48,962 bases of DNA from an uncultured Clostridia bacterium (GTDB lineage Bacteria; Bacillota; Clostridia; Lachnospirales; Lachnospiraceae), in NCBI GenBank assembly GCA_946401715.1, contig CAMIVF010000001.1:1-48962 (forward strand), given 5' to 3'. A model generated the notes under the pieces. It was not told where the DNA came from. It made no database searches and worked only from the letters and a program-made list of their open reading frames with translations. The position numbers and the translations under genes were made by a program. Positions 1 to 9,018 of the stretch are shown here, one piece after another (position 1 is the stretch's first letter; each line of letters begins with the position of its first letter).

Positions 1-1138
1 TTGAAATGTTCATTACCACGTCGCACAGATTGCAGACCACCTGTCCGTTCTTCTCGTAATATCCGGTCTCGCCGCAGACATCGCAGGCGTCCAGACCGAT
101 CCCGTACGCATTTCCGCCCGGTTTCTGGATGACAATAAACCGGATCTGCACCCCATTCTCCGTCTCATACGCAAAGCGGTGCAGATGACCGTCATTCACC
201 AGATCGAAGGAGACATAGACGTTCTCGTCATCGACCGAGGATGCCTCCTCCACAGGAGACAATGTGACATCCGTGGCATTGAGCTTCTCAAACCATGTCA
301 GGTTGATGACTGCAAGAGCGCAGCAGAGGATCATCGTGACCGCCCAGCGGCGGATCCTGCGCCATTTCGCGCGGATCTTTCTGTGCTGCGCGGGATTCCG
401 GTAGGTCTCCTTCTGCCTCAGGCTCGCAATCCAAAGACCGATGGCAGACGCCGCAGCAAGACCGGCGGCAAGAAACAGAAACCAGTCTCTGTGATTCTTG
501 ACGAAGACGGTATAGGTGAACATGGTATGATTGGACTGGACAATCTTTTTCTGAAACAGCACGGAAAACAGGTTCGCAAGACGCATGGCAGCGTTGATGA
601 GAAGTTCCAGCTTCAGCAAAATCCCGGCCTGGAACAGAGTCAGCCGCCTCGTGCATTTCATGGCACCGAGAAACGCCAGAACTGCAAGAATCAGTCCGGC
701 GGTCATGCCGATCATCGCCATCAGAAAATCCGTGGAGATCATCGTGGTTTCTTCCTGCAATACATGATAGGGATAGGCCCAGACATCCGGAAGCGCGTAT
801 GCAATCATCGTGACATACAGGATGCCGGCGAAAATCCACGGAAGAATGGATAAGATTCCGTGATCAGATGGTTTTTTTATGGTGAAGATCAGAAACAGTA
901 CAAATGCTGACAGCCCGATCACATAGATCCAGCCGTTCAGGATCGCTGTATCGATCATACTTGTCGTATTTCGAATCAGTGCGATGGCAACCGAGCCCGC
1001 GGCTCCCGCCAGCGCGAATGACCAAACGATACGCCGTCCCGCCTTCGTGGCAGCAAGCATCACATAACCGGTCAGTACACCGAGAATTACCGCCTCCATC
1101 AGGACCTGCCGTGTCGTAAGTATCAGGTACGTGAGCAT
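1..1138 (-). CDS. DUF2318-domain (Cys-rich, putative Fe-S) membrane protein of the Ftr1/P19 iron-uptake operon; 3' end truncated by the window edge
   Basis: Not in the ORF track because it has no stop in the window. Translated by hand from ATG at 1138 (GGAGG RBS upstream): MLTYLILTTRQVLMEAVILG..., many hydrophobic helices, then DGHLHRFAY...IRFIVI...GLDACDVCGETGYYEKNGQVVCNLCDVVMNIS with two CxxC motifs. Confidence 0.85.
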   Translation of the reverse strand, partial: MLTYLILTTRQVLMEAVILGVLTGYVMLAATKAGRRIVWSFALAGAAGSVAIALIRNTTSMIDTAILNGWIYVIGLSAFVLFLIFTIKKPSDHGILSILPWIFAGILYVTMIAYALPDVWAYPYHVLQEETTMISTDFLMAMIGMTAGLILAVLAFLGAMKCTRRLTLFQAGILLKLELLINAAMRLANLFSVLFQKKIVQSNHTMFTYTVFVKNHRDWFLFLAAGLAAASAIGLWIASLRQKETYRNPAQHRKIRAKWRRIRRWAVTMILCCALAVINLTWFEKLNATDVTLSPVEEASSVDDENVYVSFDLVNDGHLHRFAYETENGVQIRFIVIQKPGGNAYGIGLDACDVCGETGYYEKNGQVVCNLCDVVMNIS

Positions 1139-1163
1139 ATCAACCTCCGCTAAGCTGTACACG

Positions 1164-1203
1164 CGCGCAATGCGACACGTCCGAAGACGCGCCGCATTGC
1201 ACG
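1164..1203 (-). other. Stable intergenic RNA stem-loop with cUUCGg tetraloop between p19 and the DUF2318 gene
   Basis: Minus-strand RNA CGUGCAAUGCGGCGCGUC-UUCG-GACGUGUCGCAUUGCGCG pairs fully using G-U wobbles. No U-tract follows. Confidence 0.7.
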
Positions 1204-1228
1204 TTATAAAGGTTAAAGATCCATCGGA

Positions 1229-1780
1229 TTACTCAAGGCCGGCGAATTCCCATCCTTCAAAGGTGTAAGACAGGTTGCCGTCAGCAAAATGATCCTTCAA
1301 AGATCCGCCGGGGCCGGTCTCGGCGTCAGAGTGGATGAGATATCCGTTCTCACCCGGGCTGTGAATCGTGATCGTCAGGTTGTAGGTACCCGGATCCAGC
1401 TTGATGTTGTTTCCGTAATGCGGGCCGTCCGACGCTGCCATCTCCATGAAGGTACCGGAGACAACTTCGTTTCCGTCCTGATCCTCGATCTTGTAATCGA
1501 CTGTCAGATACGGTACCCACTCACCAACCGGATAGCCAAGGTCATTCTCCAGAGCGGAAATGTCAGCCTCGATATGAATGTCCGCGTCCTCCGCGCTGTA
1601 GGTCATGGTCTCATTCTCCATCGGTACAGCCTGAAACCAGACCGCGGACAGATTAATGAAATCAAGCTCCTCATCCGAGAAAATCTCATTCTCTACAAAT
1701 CCTGCCTCGCCCGCCATTGCCGGGAACGCCGCAAACGCCATCGCGCCCGCAAGTGCCAGTGCAAAAATCTTTTTCTTCAT
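1229..1780 (-). CDS. P19/Tpd/FetP-family exported iron (Cu-dependent) binding protein
   Basis: Start MKKKIFALAL at 1780 with AGGAGG RBS and a signal peptide. Family motifs: AVWFQAVPM, IHIEADI, GEWVPYL, MAASDGPHYGNN, HSDAETG. Confidence 0.9.
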   Translation of the reverse strand: MKKKIFALALAGAMAFAAFPAMAGEAGFVENEIFSDEELDFINLSAVWFQAVPMENETMTYSAEDADIHIEADISALENDLGYPVGEWVPYLTVDYKIEDQDGNEVVSGTFMEMAASDGPHYGNNIKLDPGTYNLTITIHSPGENGYLIHSDAETGPGGSLKDHFADGNLSYTFEGWEFAGLE

Positions 1781-1898
1781 ATCTTTCCTCCTGTTAAGCA
1801 ATGATGTTGGTGAATCTGTATCTATGAAAAGGGACGTCTCCCTGATCATACCGGCCTGTCAGTCCCGCCCGCAGCACGGACAGGGGTTCTGGCTGCGC

Positions 1899-3692
1899 TT
1901 ACTGCGCACTGTTTTTGATGCTTTGCTCCTTCTGCTGATGTGCCTGCATCTCCTGCTTCAGCTTTTTGTTCCTCCTCAGCCAGAACACGAAGGTCACAAT
2001 CGTAACGGCAGTCAGAATCAGCTGCGGAACAATGGTCTCAACGCAGGGATAGATACCCAGAATCTCAAGAACGGGATGAGACGGAATCCATGCCACCCAC
2101 GACGGTGCATGCATGGCGATCACATCGCCTTCAATCAGTTCCTTGATACCGCTGCCCAGGAATGCAATGGACATAATCGCCATCAGAATACTGGTCACGA
2201 GGAAGAACGGCTTGAGCGGAAGTCTGATACTCATCAGCCGGATTGCCAGGTACACGAATACCAGGCATACACACCCGACCAGGAATCCGAGCCATACCAT
2301 GTTGGTATTCCCGCCTGACAGCAGCGGCTGATAGAACAGGATGACCTCCGCGCCCTCCCGGTAAACTGCGAGGAATGCGGTGAACGCAAGGGCAAAGGAG
2401 CTGCCGGTCTGTGCCGCCCTGCCCACCTTGCTCTTAATGTAAGCGTCCCATGCCTCTGATTCCGATTTGGATACCATCCAGTTACTGACATAGAACAGAA
2501 CCGCAGTCGCAATCAGAGCCGTAACGCCCTCAATCACCTCCTGGGATGCACTGTTCGCAAGCTTCAGCTGATTGAGCAGCCACGCGGAGACGAAGCTCAG
2601 GACAATTCCGAGAACCGCTCCGGTGTATACCGGCCGGAGCTGACGCTTTCTCTCCGACTCAGAACGGTCCGCAGTCGTCTTGATCAGGTACGCGATGATC
2701 GCACCCACGACCAGAATCGCCTCGAATCCTTCTCTCAGAATAATCGTGAAGCAGGCAATGAAGGTGGCAAGCCCCGCAGATCTTCCGCCGCCGGTCGCGT
2801 TGCCGTTCTCATCCACGCCATCAAGCTTATTCGCATCCGTACGGATCATCGTGCGGAGAATGTCTACCGCCTCGTTGAATTCCTCCTCTGATCCGCCCTT
2901 CGACGCGGACTTCGCCGCGGAGAACTGCAGCTCAACCTCGGACTTTCTTGCGCCGGAGATATATCCCATCGTATTGCGCTCGAATCCGGTGGTCTCGTAA
3001 TAACCGTAGTAGCCGTCATTCACATGGTTGTAAGCGGTTTCGGCATCCCCTTCGGCGAACTTTGCCTTTGCGTCACGGAAAACCTCTGTCATTGCGTCCG
3101 CCACGTCATTCCAGGTCCAGTCGCTCTCTTTTCCGGCCGCCTTGCTGTAGCCGGCCCAGTCCTCGTAATACTGCTCCTTAAACAGAGCCGTCGCAGCTGT
3201 TTCTTCCTCGCCGGCAATATCGATGTCAGACTTGACACCGTCCAGCTTATTCGCCGCGTTTCTCATATCCGCGATCAGGACATCCTTCGCGGTGTTGAAG
3301 TCCTCGGACGAACCGCCGTCCTTAATCGTCTTTGTACAGGTCTTGAAGCCTGCCAGAACACTGCTCTTGTGGATGGCCGGAAGCTTCTTCTGCATCTGGA
3401 CCTTGAAGCCGGAGCCGCCCCAGTACACATTCTTGGCGTCCGAAATCTGCTTCAGTGCCGTCTTGGCATCGCCCGCTTCATACGATTTCGCCGCTTCCTC
3501 CATTACCATGGCAATCCCGTCGGCAGCAGCATTGCAGGTAAACTCCTCAATGCCGTTCTCCTCCATATACTCCTGCCAGGTCGCAGGATAGGCTGTACCC
3601 TCCTGCGCAAAGGCACACAGAGGCCAGCACAGAAGAAGCAGCGCAAGAAGCGCTGAAAGAATGCGTCTGATATGTCCTGCTCTTTTGTTCAT
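1899..3692 (-). CDS. FTR1-family iron permease (FetM-like) with duplicated N-terminal extracellular helical domain
   Basis: Two REXXE motifs (ILREGFEAIL, VYREGAEVIL) and about 7 TM segments in the C-terminal part. N-terminal signal/anchor. Likely start MNKRAG at 3692. Confidence 0.92.
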   Translation of the reverse strand: MNKRAGHIRRILSALLALLLLCWPLCAFAQEGTAYPATWQEYMEENGIEEFTCNAAADGIAMVMEEAAKSYEAGDAKTALKQISDAKNVYWGGSGFKVQMQKKLPAIHKSSVLAGFKTCTKTIKDGGSSEDFNTAKDVLIADMRNAANKLDGVKSDIDIAGEEETAATALFKEQYYEDWAGYSKAAGKESDWTWNDVADAMTEVFRDAKAKFAEGDAETAYNHVNDGYYGYYETTGFERNTMGYISGARKSEVELQFSAAKSASKGGSEEEFNEAVDILRTMIRTDANKLDGVDENGNATGGGRSAGLATFIACFTIILREGFEAILVVGAIIAYLIKTTADRSESERKRQLRPVYTGAVLGIVLSFVSAWLLNQLKLANSASQEVIEGVTALIATAVLFYVSNWMVSKSESEAWDAYIKSKVGRAAQTGSSFALAFTAFLAVYREGAEVILFYQPLLSGGNTNMVWLGFLVGCVCLVFVYLAIRLMSIRLPLKPFFLVTSILMAIMSIAFLGSGIKELIEGDVIAMHAPSWVAWIPSHPVLEILGIYPCVETIVPQLILTAVTIVTFVFWLRRNKKLKQEMQAHQQKEQSIKNSAQ

Positions 3693-3735
3693 GAATTCAA
3701 GCCTTCTTTCAATCTTTCTTTGTCTGTCTCCCGGT

Positions 3736-4149
3736 TCAGGGCCTTGTCCCGGCGCTGCTCCGGATCTGGCCAATCAGATCAAGAAGCGAAAGCACCGCAC
3801 TCAGACCGCCCATCACCCAGGCAAAAGGTCTCATCACCGCGTAGCACCTCATCGTATCCATCATGCACATCTTCATAATGGTACCCGGAAGCAAAACGGA
3901 AACGACAGACAGTATGAGACCCGCCAGCCTAAGGAGCACACATACTCTTGTACCGGAAACAAACAAGGCTGCCACTGCAATCAGTGTCAGAAGCGCCCCT
4001 GCAGCCGCAAGATACTGCTGTACATCATGACAATGCATCCAGCTCCCGTCCTCCTTCGCGCCGCAGGCACGAAAGAAAGTCATCACACCGGCTGTCAGCA
4101 GCACCGGTACAGCCACCAGCGCCCACTGCCGTACATTTCCCTTTTTCAT
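3736..4149 (-). CDS. DUF4418-like small Cys/Met-rich membrane protein
   Basis: Four hydrophobic helices with CGAKEDGSWMHCH and MCMMDTMRCY motifs. Alternative start at 4164. Confidence 0.7.
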   Translation of the reverse strand: MKKGNVRQWALVAVPVLLTAGVMTFFRACGAKEDGSWMHCHDVQQYLAAAGALLTLIAVAALFVSGTRVCVLLRLAGLILSVVSVLLPGTIMKMCMMDTMRCYAVMRPFAWVMGGLSAVLSLLDLIGQIRSSAGTRP

Positions 4150-4321
4150 CCCTTCCCCTGTCATCAGTCCGGTCAGTCCACCGGGAATCCAAACGTGTCA
4201 CTTCGAACACTGCTTCCGGAGGTAGCATTGATTAACTACATGTTCATCTGTGCAACCTCACTTAGGCTTATAGTATATTGATTCTGTCTTCAAAACCTAT
4301 ATGAGATTTGCGCAACCGTGA

Positions 4322-4335
4322 TTAGATCTATCTAA
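4322..4335. promoter_or_regulatory. Palindromic operator candidate TTAGAT-CT-ATCTAA (metal-dependent repressor site?)
   Basis: Perfect 6-2-6 inverted repeat immediately downstream of the predicted iron-operon promoter. Confidence 0.5.
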
Positions 4336-4346
4336 CCCGCTTCCAT

Positions 4347-4376
4347 AATCTATCATATGTTTCTTTCCCCCGTCAA
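4347..4376 (-). promoter_or_regulatory. sigma-A promoter of the iron-uptake operon
   Basis: TTGACG (4376-4371), 18 nt spacer ending in TGA (extended -10), then TAGATT (4352-4347). Confidence 0.6.
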
Positions 4377-4573
4377 GTATTGTTTTTCGGCAGTGCGCTG
4401 CAATTGCATCGCGGGCGGACGAAGGGAAGCGGCGTGTTTGCACGGATGCTTTCCGGCATAAAAGGCCGCTTCTGGCAGGATGCCGGTTCATCCGTCTCCC
4501 GATGCCCGGACAGTTGCCGGCAGCCTTGCAGGGACGGAAGGCTATTCTGGGCTGACCGGATCCTTGGGAATGC

Positions 4574-4599
4574 AAAAGAGGCGGCGCATCTGCGCCGCC
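4574..4599 (-). terminator. Rho-independent terminator after thrS
   Basis: GGCGGCGCA-GA-TGCGCCGCC inverted repeat followed by TCTTTT on the minus strand. Confidence 0.75.
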
Positions 4600-4619
4600 C
4601 CCTTCTATGGACTGTATCT

Positions 4620-6548
4620 TCAGTTTTCTTCCTGCGTGCTTTCGCGGATCGCCTTCGAATCGATCTCCTCGCGGATGCTCTTCACGAATTCGTCCACTGT
4701 CTTTGATCCCTCGTCGCCGGCGAATCTGGAGCGCAGCGAGATGGTTCCGTTCTCTTCCTCCTTCGCTCCCACGATGACCGTATACGGGATTCTCTGCATA
4801 TGCGCATCACGGATCTTGAACTTCAGTGTCTCATTTCTCTCGTCCAGGGACGCGCGGATGTCATGCTCCTGAAGCTGGCTGGTGACCTTTCTTGCGTATT
4901 CCTCGAACTTCTCGGAGATCGGCAGCACCTTGACCTGCGTCGGTGCAAGCCAGGTCGGGAACTGTCCCGCAAAGTGCTCAATCAGAATGCCGATAAAGCG
5001 CTCCACCGATCCGAATACGACTCTGTGGATCATGACCGGCTGGTGCTTGTCGCCGTCTGCGCCGATGTATTCCAGATGGAACCGCTCCGGAAGCTGGAAG
5101 TCCAGCTGGATGGTTCCGCACTGCCAGGTCCTGCCCAGGCAGTCCCTGAGATGGAAGTCGATCTTCGGGCCGTAGAACGCGCCGTCTCCTTCGTTGACGA
5201 TATACTTGAGACCAAGGGACTCCAGCGCATTTCTCAGACCGTTGGTCGCAAGCTCCCAGTCCTCGTCGGAGCCCATGGAATCCTCCGGTCTCGTGGACAG
5301 CTCGACATAGTACTCGAATCCGAACATATTGTAGACTTCATCGATCAGCGCGGTTATTCTGCGCACTTCGTCCTGAATCTGATCCTTCGCGAGAAGAATA
5401 TGCGCATCATCCTGCGTAAAGGAGCGCACGCGCATCAGTCCGTGCATTTCACCGGACTTCTCATAGCGGTGTACGTGTCCCAGCTCCGCATAGCGCAGAG
5501 GAAGATCGCGGTAAGAACGGCCCTCATTCTGGTAGACCAGGATAGCGCCGGGGCAGTTCATCGGTTTGATGGCATAATCCTCGTCATCCACCTTCAGCGA
5601 ATACATGGCATCATGATAATGCTCCCAGTGGCCGGACGTCTCCCAGAGCTTGCGGCTGAGCATGATCGGCGTATCAATCTGGACGTAGCCGTTCTTCAGA
5701 TGCAGCTTTCTCCAGTAGTTCAGCAGCTCATTTCTCAGGATCATACCGTTCGGAAGGAAGAAAGGCATGCCGGGACCATACTCGCTGAGCATGAACAGTC
5801 CCATCTCTTTGCCGATCTTTCTGTGATCGCGGCGCTTTGCCTCTTCGATGCGCGCAAGATAATCGTCCAGGTCGCTCTTCTTGGGGAACGCGGTTCCGTA
5901 GATTCTGGTGAGCATCTTGTTGTGCTCATCGCCTCTCCAGTAAGCGCCTGCAAGGGAGGTCAGCTTAAACGCCTTGACCGGCTTTGTCGTCATCAGGTGC
6001 GGCCCCGCACACAGGTCAGTGAACTCTCCCTGGGTATAGAAAGAGATCTCCGCATCTTCCGGAAGGTCTTCAATCAGCTGAACCTTGTAGGGCTCATCCT
6101 TCTCTTTGAAGTACGCAATCGCCTCATCTCTCGGCTTTGTGAAGCGTGTGAGGGCAAGGTTCTCCTTCACAATCTTCTTCATCTCGGCTTCGATCTTTTC
6201 GAGGTCCTCATTGGTCATCTGCTTCTCGGACTCGATGTCATAGTAGAAGCCATGGTCGATCGACGGGCCGATCGCCAGCTTTACCTCGGGATACAGACGC
6301 TTGATGGCCTGTGCCATGATATGGGACGCGGTATGGTTAAACGCATGCTGTCCCTGCGCGCTGTCGAAGGTGAAAAGATTCAGCGTGCTGTCCTTGTCAA
6401 TCACCGTGCGCAGATCCACAGTCTCGCCGTTCACCTCAGCCACACATGCCACGCGGGCGAGTCCTTCGCTGATATCCTTTGCAATGTCAATCACTGACAT
6501 CGGCTGGGAATATTCCTTTGTCGAACCATCCTTCAGTGTGATGATCAT
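4620..6548 (-). CDS. thrS: Threonine--tRNA ligase
   Basis: TGS N-terminus, editing HTASH and DLCAGPH, KPMNCPG, GLMRVRSFTQDDAH, QCGTIQLDF, HRVVFGSVERF. Confidence 0.98.
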   Translation of the reverse strand: MIITLKDGSTKEYSQPMSVIDIAKDISEGLARVACVAEVNGETVDLRTVIDKDSTLNLFTFDSAQGQHAFNHTASHIMAQAIKRLYPEVKLAIGPSIDHGFYYDIESEKQMTNEDLEKIEAEMKKIVKENLALTRFTKPRDEAIAYFKEKDEPYKVQLIEDLPEDAEISFYTQGEFTDLCAGPHLMTTKPVKAFKLTSLAGAYWRGDEHNKMLTRIYGTAFPKKSDLDDYLARIEEAKRRDHRKIGKEMGLFMLSEYGPGMPFFLPNGMILRNELLNYWRKLHLKNGYVQIDTPIMLSRKLWETSGHWEHYHDAMYSLKVDDEDYAIKPMNCPGAILVYQNEGRSYRDLPLRYAELGHVHRYEKSGEMHGLMRVRSFTQDDAHILLAKDQIQDEVRRITALIDEVYNMFGFEYYVELSTRPEDSMGSDEDWELATNGLRNALESLGLKYIVNEGDGAFYGPKIDFHLRDCLGRTWQCGTIQLDFQLPERFHLEYIGADGDKHQPVMIHRVVFGSVERFIGILIEHFAGQFPTWLAPTQVKVLPISEKFEEYARKVTSQLQEHDIRASLDERNETLKFKIRDAHMQRIPYTVIVGAKEEENGTISLRSRFAGDEGSKTVDEFVKSIREEIDSKAIRESTQEEN

Positions 6549-6874
6549 AATCCTTCCTCCTCATCTTCCGGCTCAGCACCTTCAGATTTCTCTTCTTCCA
6601 CGTTTTCTGATGCCTCTTCTTCCGCCTTCTCAGCGTCCTCAGAGACTTCTTCCGCCTTCTCTTCTTCCGTATTCACAGTCTCTTCGGATTCCCCGACCTC
6701 TGTGAATGATTCAGCCTCGTCAAACCAGTCCTCCTCATCCTCGGGATCGAAGGTCGCCGCAGCTTTTTCTGCCATGTACTTCGTGTGTTTTTTCAGCAGC
6801 GTAACACCGGCTGCCACCACACCTGCTGCCGCTGCCGCGACTGCCAGTGCGGCCTTGCGCTCCAAACGGTTCAT
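6545..6874 (-). CDS. Hypothetical protein with one N-terminal hydrophobic anchor and a highly acidic tail
   Basis: Start MNRLERK with a purine-rich RBS, Ala/Val-rich helix, Glu-rich C-terminus. Stop overlaps the thrS start (ATGA). Confidence 0.7.
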   Translation of the reverse strand: MNRLERKAALAVAAAAAGVVAAGVTLLKKHTKYMAEKAAATFDPEDEEDWFDEAESFTEVGESEETVNTEEEKAEEVSEDAEKAEEEASENVEEEKSEGAEPEDEEEGL

Positions 6875-6956
6875 AAACTCTCCTTCCTTCCCTTTCAGCC
6901 GGGAAACCAGATGATTCTTCCTCCGGCTGCTATCTCCTTCAAGGTAAAGGAACAGA

Positions 6957-7520
6957 TTACTGCTCCTCGTCTCCGGCTGCTTTCGCAAGCAGTTTCTGCA
7001 GTTCCTCTTCCAGCTCCTTCGTCAGGCCATGGCACTTCTTGAACTTCTTGCCGCTTCCGCACGGACATGGGTCATTGCGTCCGATCTTCTTCGGCTTGAT
7101 GATGGTGTTCATCTTCTTCGCTTCGAGATAAAAACGCTTCAGCGTCTCTTCATCAAAGATCTTCTGCCACTGGGGCAGACCATACAGCCAGTGCGCTTTC
7201 GCGTCGACCATGTTCTTGTAGAGCCGCTCCTTGTCAAACGCCAGGGAAACCGGTGTGTCCTCTTCCATCGTTTCGATCGGATTCTTCTCCTTGAGAGAAT
7301 CATTGATTCCATCCAGGAATCCGGTCATCGTCATCATGTCGATTCCGTACTTTTCTGCAAGCTCTTTGACTGTCCCCTTTACCTCAGTTTCAGGATCATC
7401 CAGAAGCTGCTCATAGATCGCCTGCTCTTTCTTGAAATACTCGTCCCAGAAAGCCTGCATCTGCTTCTTGTCTGTCTGGGCATTGTACGCCTGCTCTCTC
7501 CATGTCTCCAGTAAAGCCAT
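6957..7520 (-). CDS. SEC-C metal-binding domain protein
   Basis: C-terminal [28 protein letters not shown]. Confidence 0.9.
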   Translation of the reverse strand: MALLETWREQAYNAQTDKKQMQAFWDEYFKKEQAIYEQLLDDPETEVKGTVKELAEKYGIDMMTMTGFLDGINDSLKEKNPIETMEEDTPVSLAFDKERLYKNMVDAKAHWLYGLPQWQKIFDEETLKRFYLEAKKMNTIIKPKKIGRNDPCPCGSGKKFKKCHGLTKELEEELQKLLAKAAGDEEQ

Positions 7521-7563
7521 TTTATATTACCTCGTATCTGTTTTTTGTTATTTCAACCGAACC

Positions 7564-7592
7564 AGTATAACTTATCTTCTGTCCTGATTCAA
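7564..7592 (-). promoter_or_regulatory. sigma-A promoter for the SEC-C / acidic protein / thrS unit
   Basis: TTGAAT, 17 nt, TATACT. Confidence 0.6.
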
Positions 7593-7594
7593 GA

Positions 7595-7623
7595 CTGCCG
7601 AAACACTGGATCTATGGTAAACT
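7595..7623 (+). promoter_or_regulatory. Divergent extended -10 promoter for the plus-strand small membrane protein
   Basis: CTGCCG, 17 nt spacer ending TGG, TAAACT. Confidence 0.4.
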
Positions 7624-7694
7624 ATACCTGTTTTCATCGTCTTTTCATCGTTTTCAGGCGGAGTGTTCCCGTGCTCCCGGAAAAGAGGTTCTTT

Positions 7695-7976
7695 ATGGAT
7701 AAACTCAAACGCGTGATGGCAATGGCCGGTGTCATTCTCACAGCCGGCATCTGGATTGCCACCTTCCTGACTGCTGTCCTCGGCGGTTCGAAAGAACTGC
7801 TGACAGCCCTGCTGGTCCTTTCAGTCGTTGTTCCGGTTCTGATCTATGCCATCCTTCTCGTCGCAAGGATTGTCTCCGGCAAGCCCGCAACCGACGAGAT
7901 CGACCAGGCCATCCGGGATGGCCGTATGAAGGATCTTTCGTCAGGCCCGGATTCCTCCTCCGAAAAAAAGCGCTGA
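7695..7976 (+). CDS. Small two-helix membrane protein (hypothetical)
   Basis: Start MDKLKRV after AAGAGG, two clear TM helices, charged tail. Confidence 0.7.
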   Translation: MDKLKRVMAMAGVILTAGIWIATFLTAVLGGSKELLTALLVLSVVVPVLIYAILLVARIVSGKPATDEIDQAIRDGRMKDLSSGPDSSSEKKR

Positions 7977-7994
7977 TCAGAAGAGAACTCCGGA

Positions 7995-9014
7995 TCAGAG
8001 ATTCTGATCGTACCGGAAAATCGTGTATCCGGCTGTGACACCGACCTGTGTACAGCCTGCGCGGACCAGAAAGCCTCCGTTTGCCAGCTGCTCTTCCACG
8101 ATCAGGTATTGTGTTTTGGTTTTCTTCATTGCTTTCTTGAAAGCTTCTTCCGTAAGCTCGGGATCCCTGCCGTACATGGCGTCCAGGATATGCTTCCTTC
8201 TCATATAGCGCTTATGCTTCTGGTTGTAAGCGATCCCGGTAGAAGTGTTCCCCTCATAGAACAGCCTCAGATTCCGGTTGAACAGCAGCCGGATCGTGGG
8301 ATCATACTGGCGCACGGCAAATTCAATCCCGTACGGGAATACGCAGAGCGGATACTCTTTCGCTTTCCGCTTCAGCCACTTTTTCGAAGACCTGTCCGTT
8401 GTCCGGGAAAGCTTGTCAACAGCCTTTTGATAAGCAGCAGTCTGCTCATAATCCTTATGAATCGAATCACATAACACCGGCACCGCGCCGTCTGTCTTAT
8501 AGACATTGGTCGGGATGCGGAGGTTCTTCAATCCCGGATTCAGCGGAATCAGAAATGCAAGCCCCGCACAGATCAGGGCGAACAGAATTGCCTGAATTGC
8601 TTTTTTTCTCAGAGAGCCCACCGCTCTGGTCAGCCAGGCAGCAGCTCCGAACGTAATCGGAAGGATCCAGAAAAACCGGTAGTATACCGTGGTCATGCCC
8701 AGTCTGGGGATCAGGATTCGGACCAGGAAGGGATTCATGACCGTAAGCGCACAGAAGATCACAATGCTCAGGAACATCCACGCAGCTGAGGACGCATCCG
8801 GACCCGGGCTGTCCTCATATGTGCCGGGAACATATTCCTTCGCATCAACAATCTCAAGCTCCGCTTCTTTTTTCCGCCTGATATGCGGAAGCAGGATCGC
8901 GGCTGCAATTCCCACGGCAAAGATCAGCGCAAACGGCCAGGAGGCGCCGAGATATTCTTTCAGGCAGGCCCACACAAAGGTCAGGCCGTGTTCTTTCAGT
9001 GTAATCCCTGACAT
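7995..9014 (-). CDS. Hypothetical membrane protein (partner or C-terminal half of a DUF6077-type protein)
   Basis: About 4 TM helices with YYRFFWILP, then TNVYK and RQYDPTIRLL and a soluble basic domain. GGAGG RBS. Confidence 0.65.
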   Translation of the reverse strand: MSGITLKEHGLTFVWACLKEYLGASWPFALIFAVGIAAAILLPHIRRKKEAELEIVDAKEYVPGTYEDSPGPDASSAAWMFLSIVIFCALTVMNPFLVRILIPRLGMTTVYYRFFWILPITFGAAAWLTRAVGSLRKKAIQAILFALICAGLAFLIPLNPGLKNLRIPTNVYKTDGAVPVLCDSIHKDYEQTAAYQKAVDKLSRTTDRSSKKWLKRKAKEYPLCVFPYGIEFAVRQYDPTIRLLFNRNLRLFYEGNTSTGIAYNQKHKRYMRRKHILDAMYGRDPELTEEAFKKAMKKTKTQYLIVEEQLANGGFLVRAGCTQVGVTAGYTIFRYDQNL

Positions 9015-9018
9015 TTCT

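Noticed and set aside
179-853. ORF-track calls 179..853(+) and 288..839(-)
   Set aside because: Both overlap the real DUF2318 gene, which is in another minus-strand frame starting at 1138.
4165-4320. Metal-sensing riboswitch (NiCo or yybP) in the iron operon leader
   Set aside because: No matching conserved core or terminator was recognised by eye. An Rfam scan would be needed to exclude it fully.
4297-4575. 92-aa minus-strand ORF between thrS and the iron operon
   Set aside because: It begins inside the thrS terminator, spans the promoter, and has no RBS or recognisable features.
4800-6497. 565-aa plus-strand ORF
   Set aside because: Antisense shadow of thrS with no motifs. Long antisense frames are expected from codon bias at this GC content.
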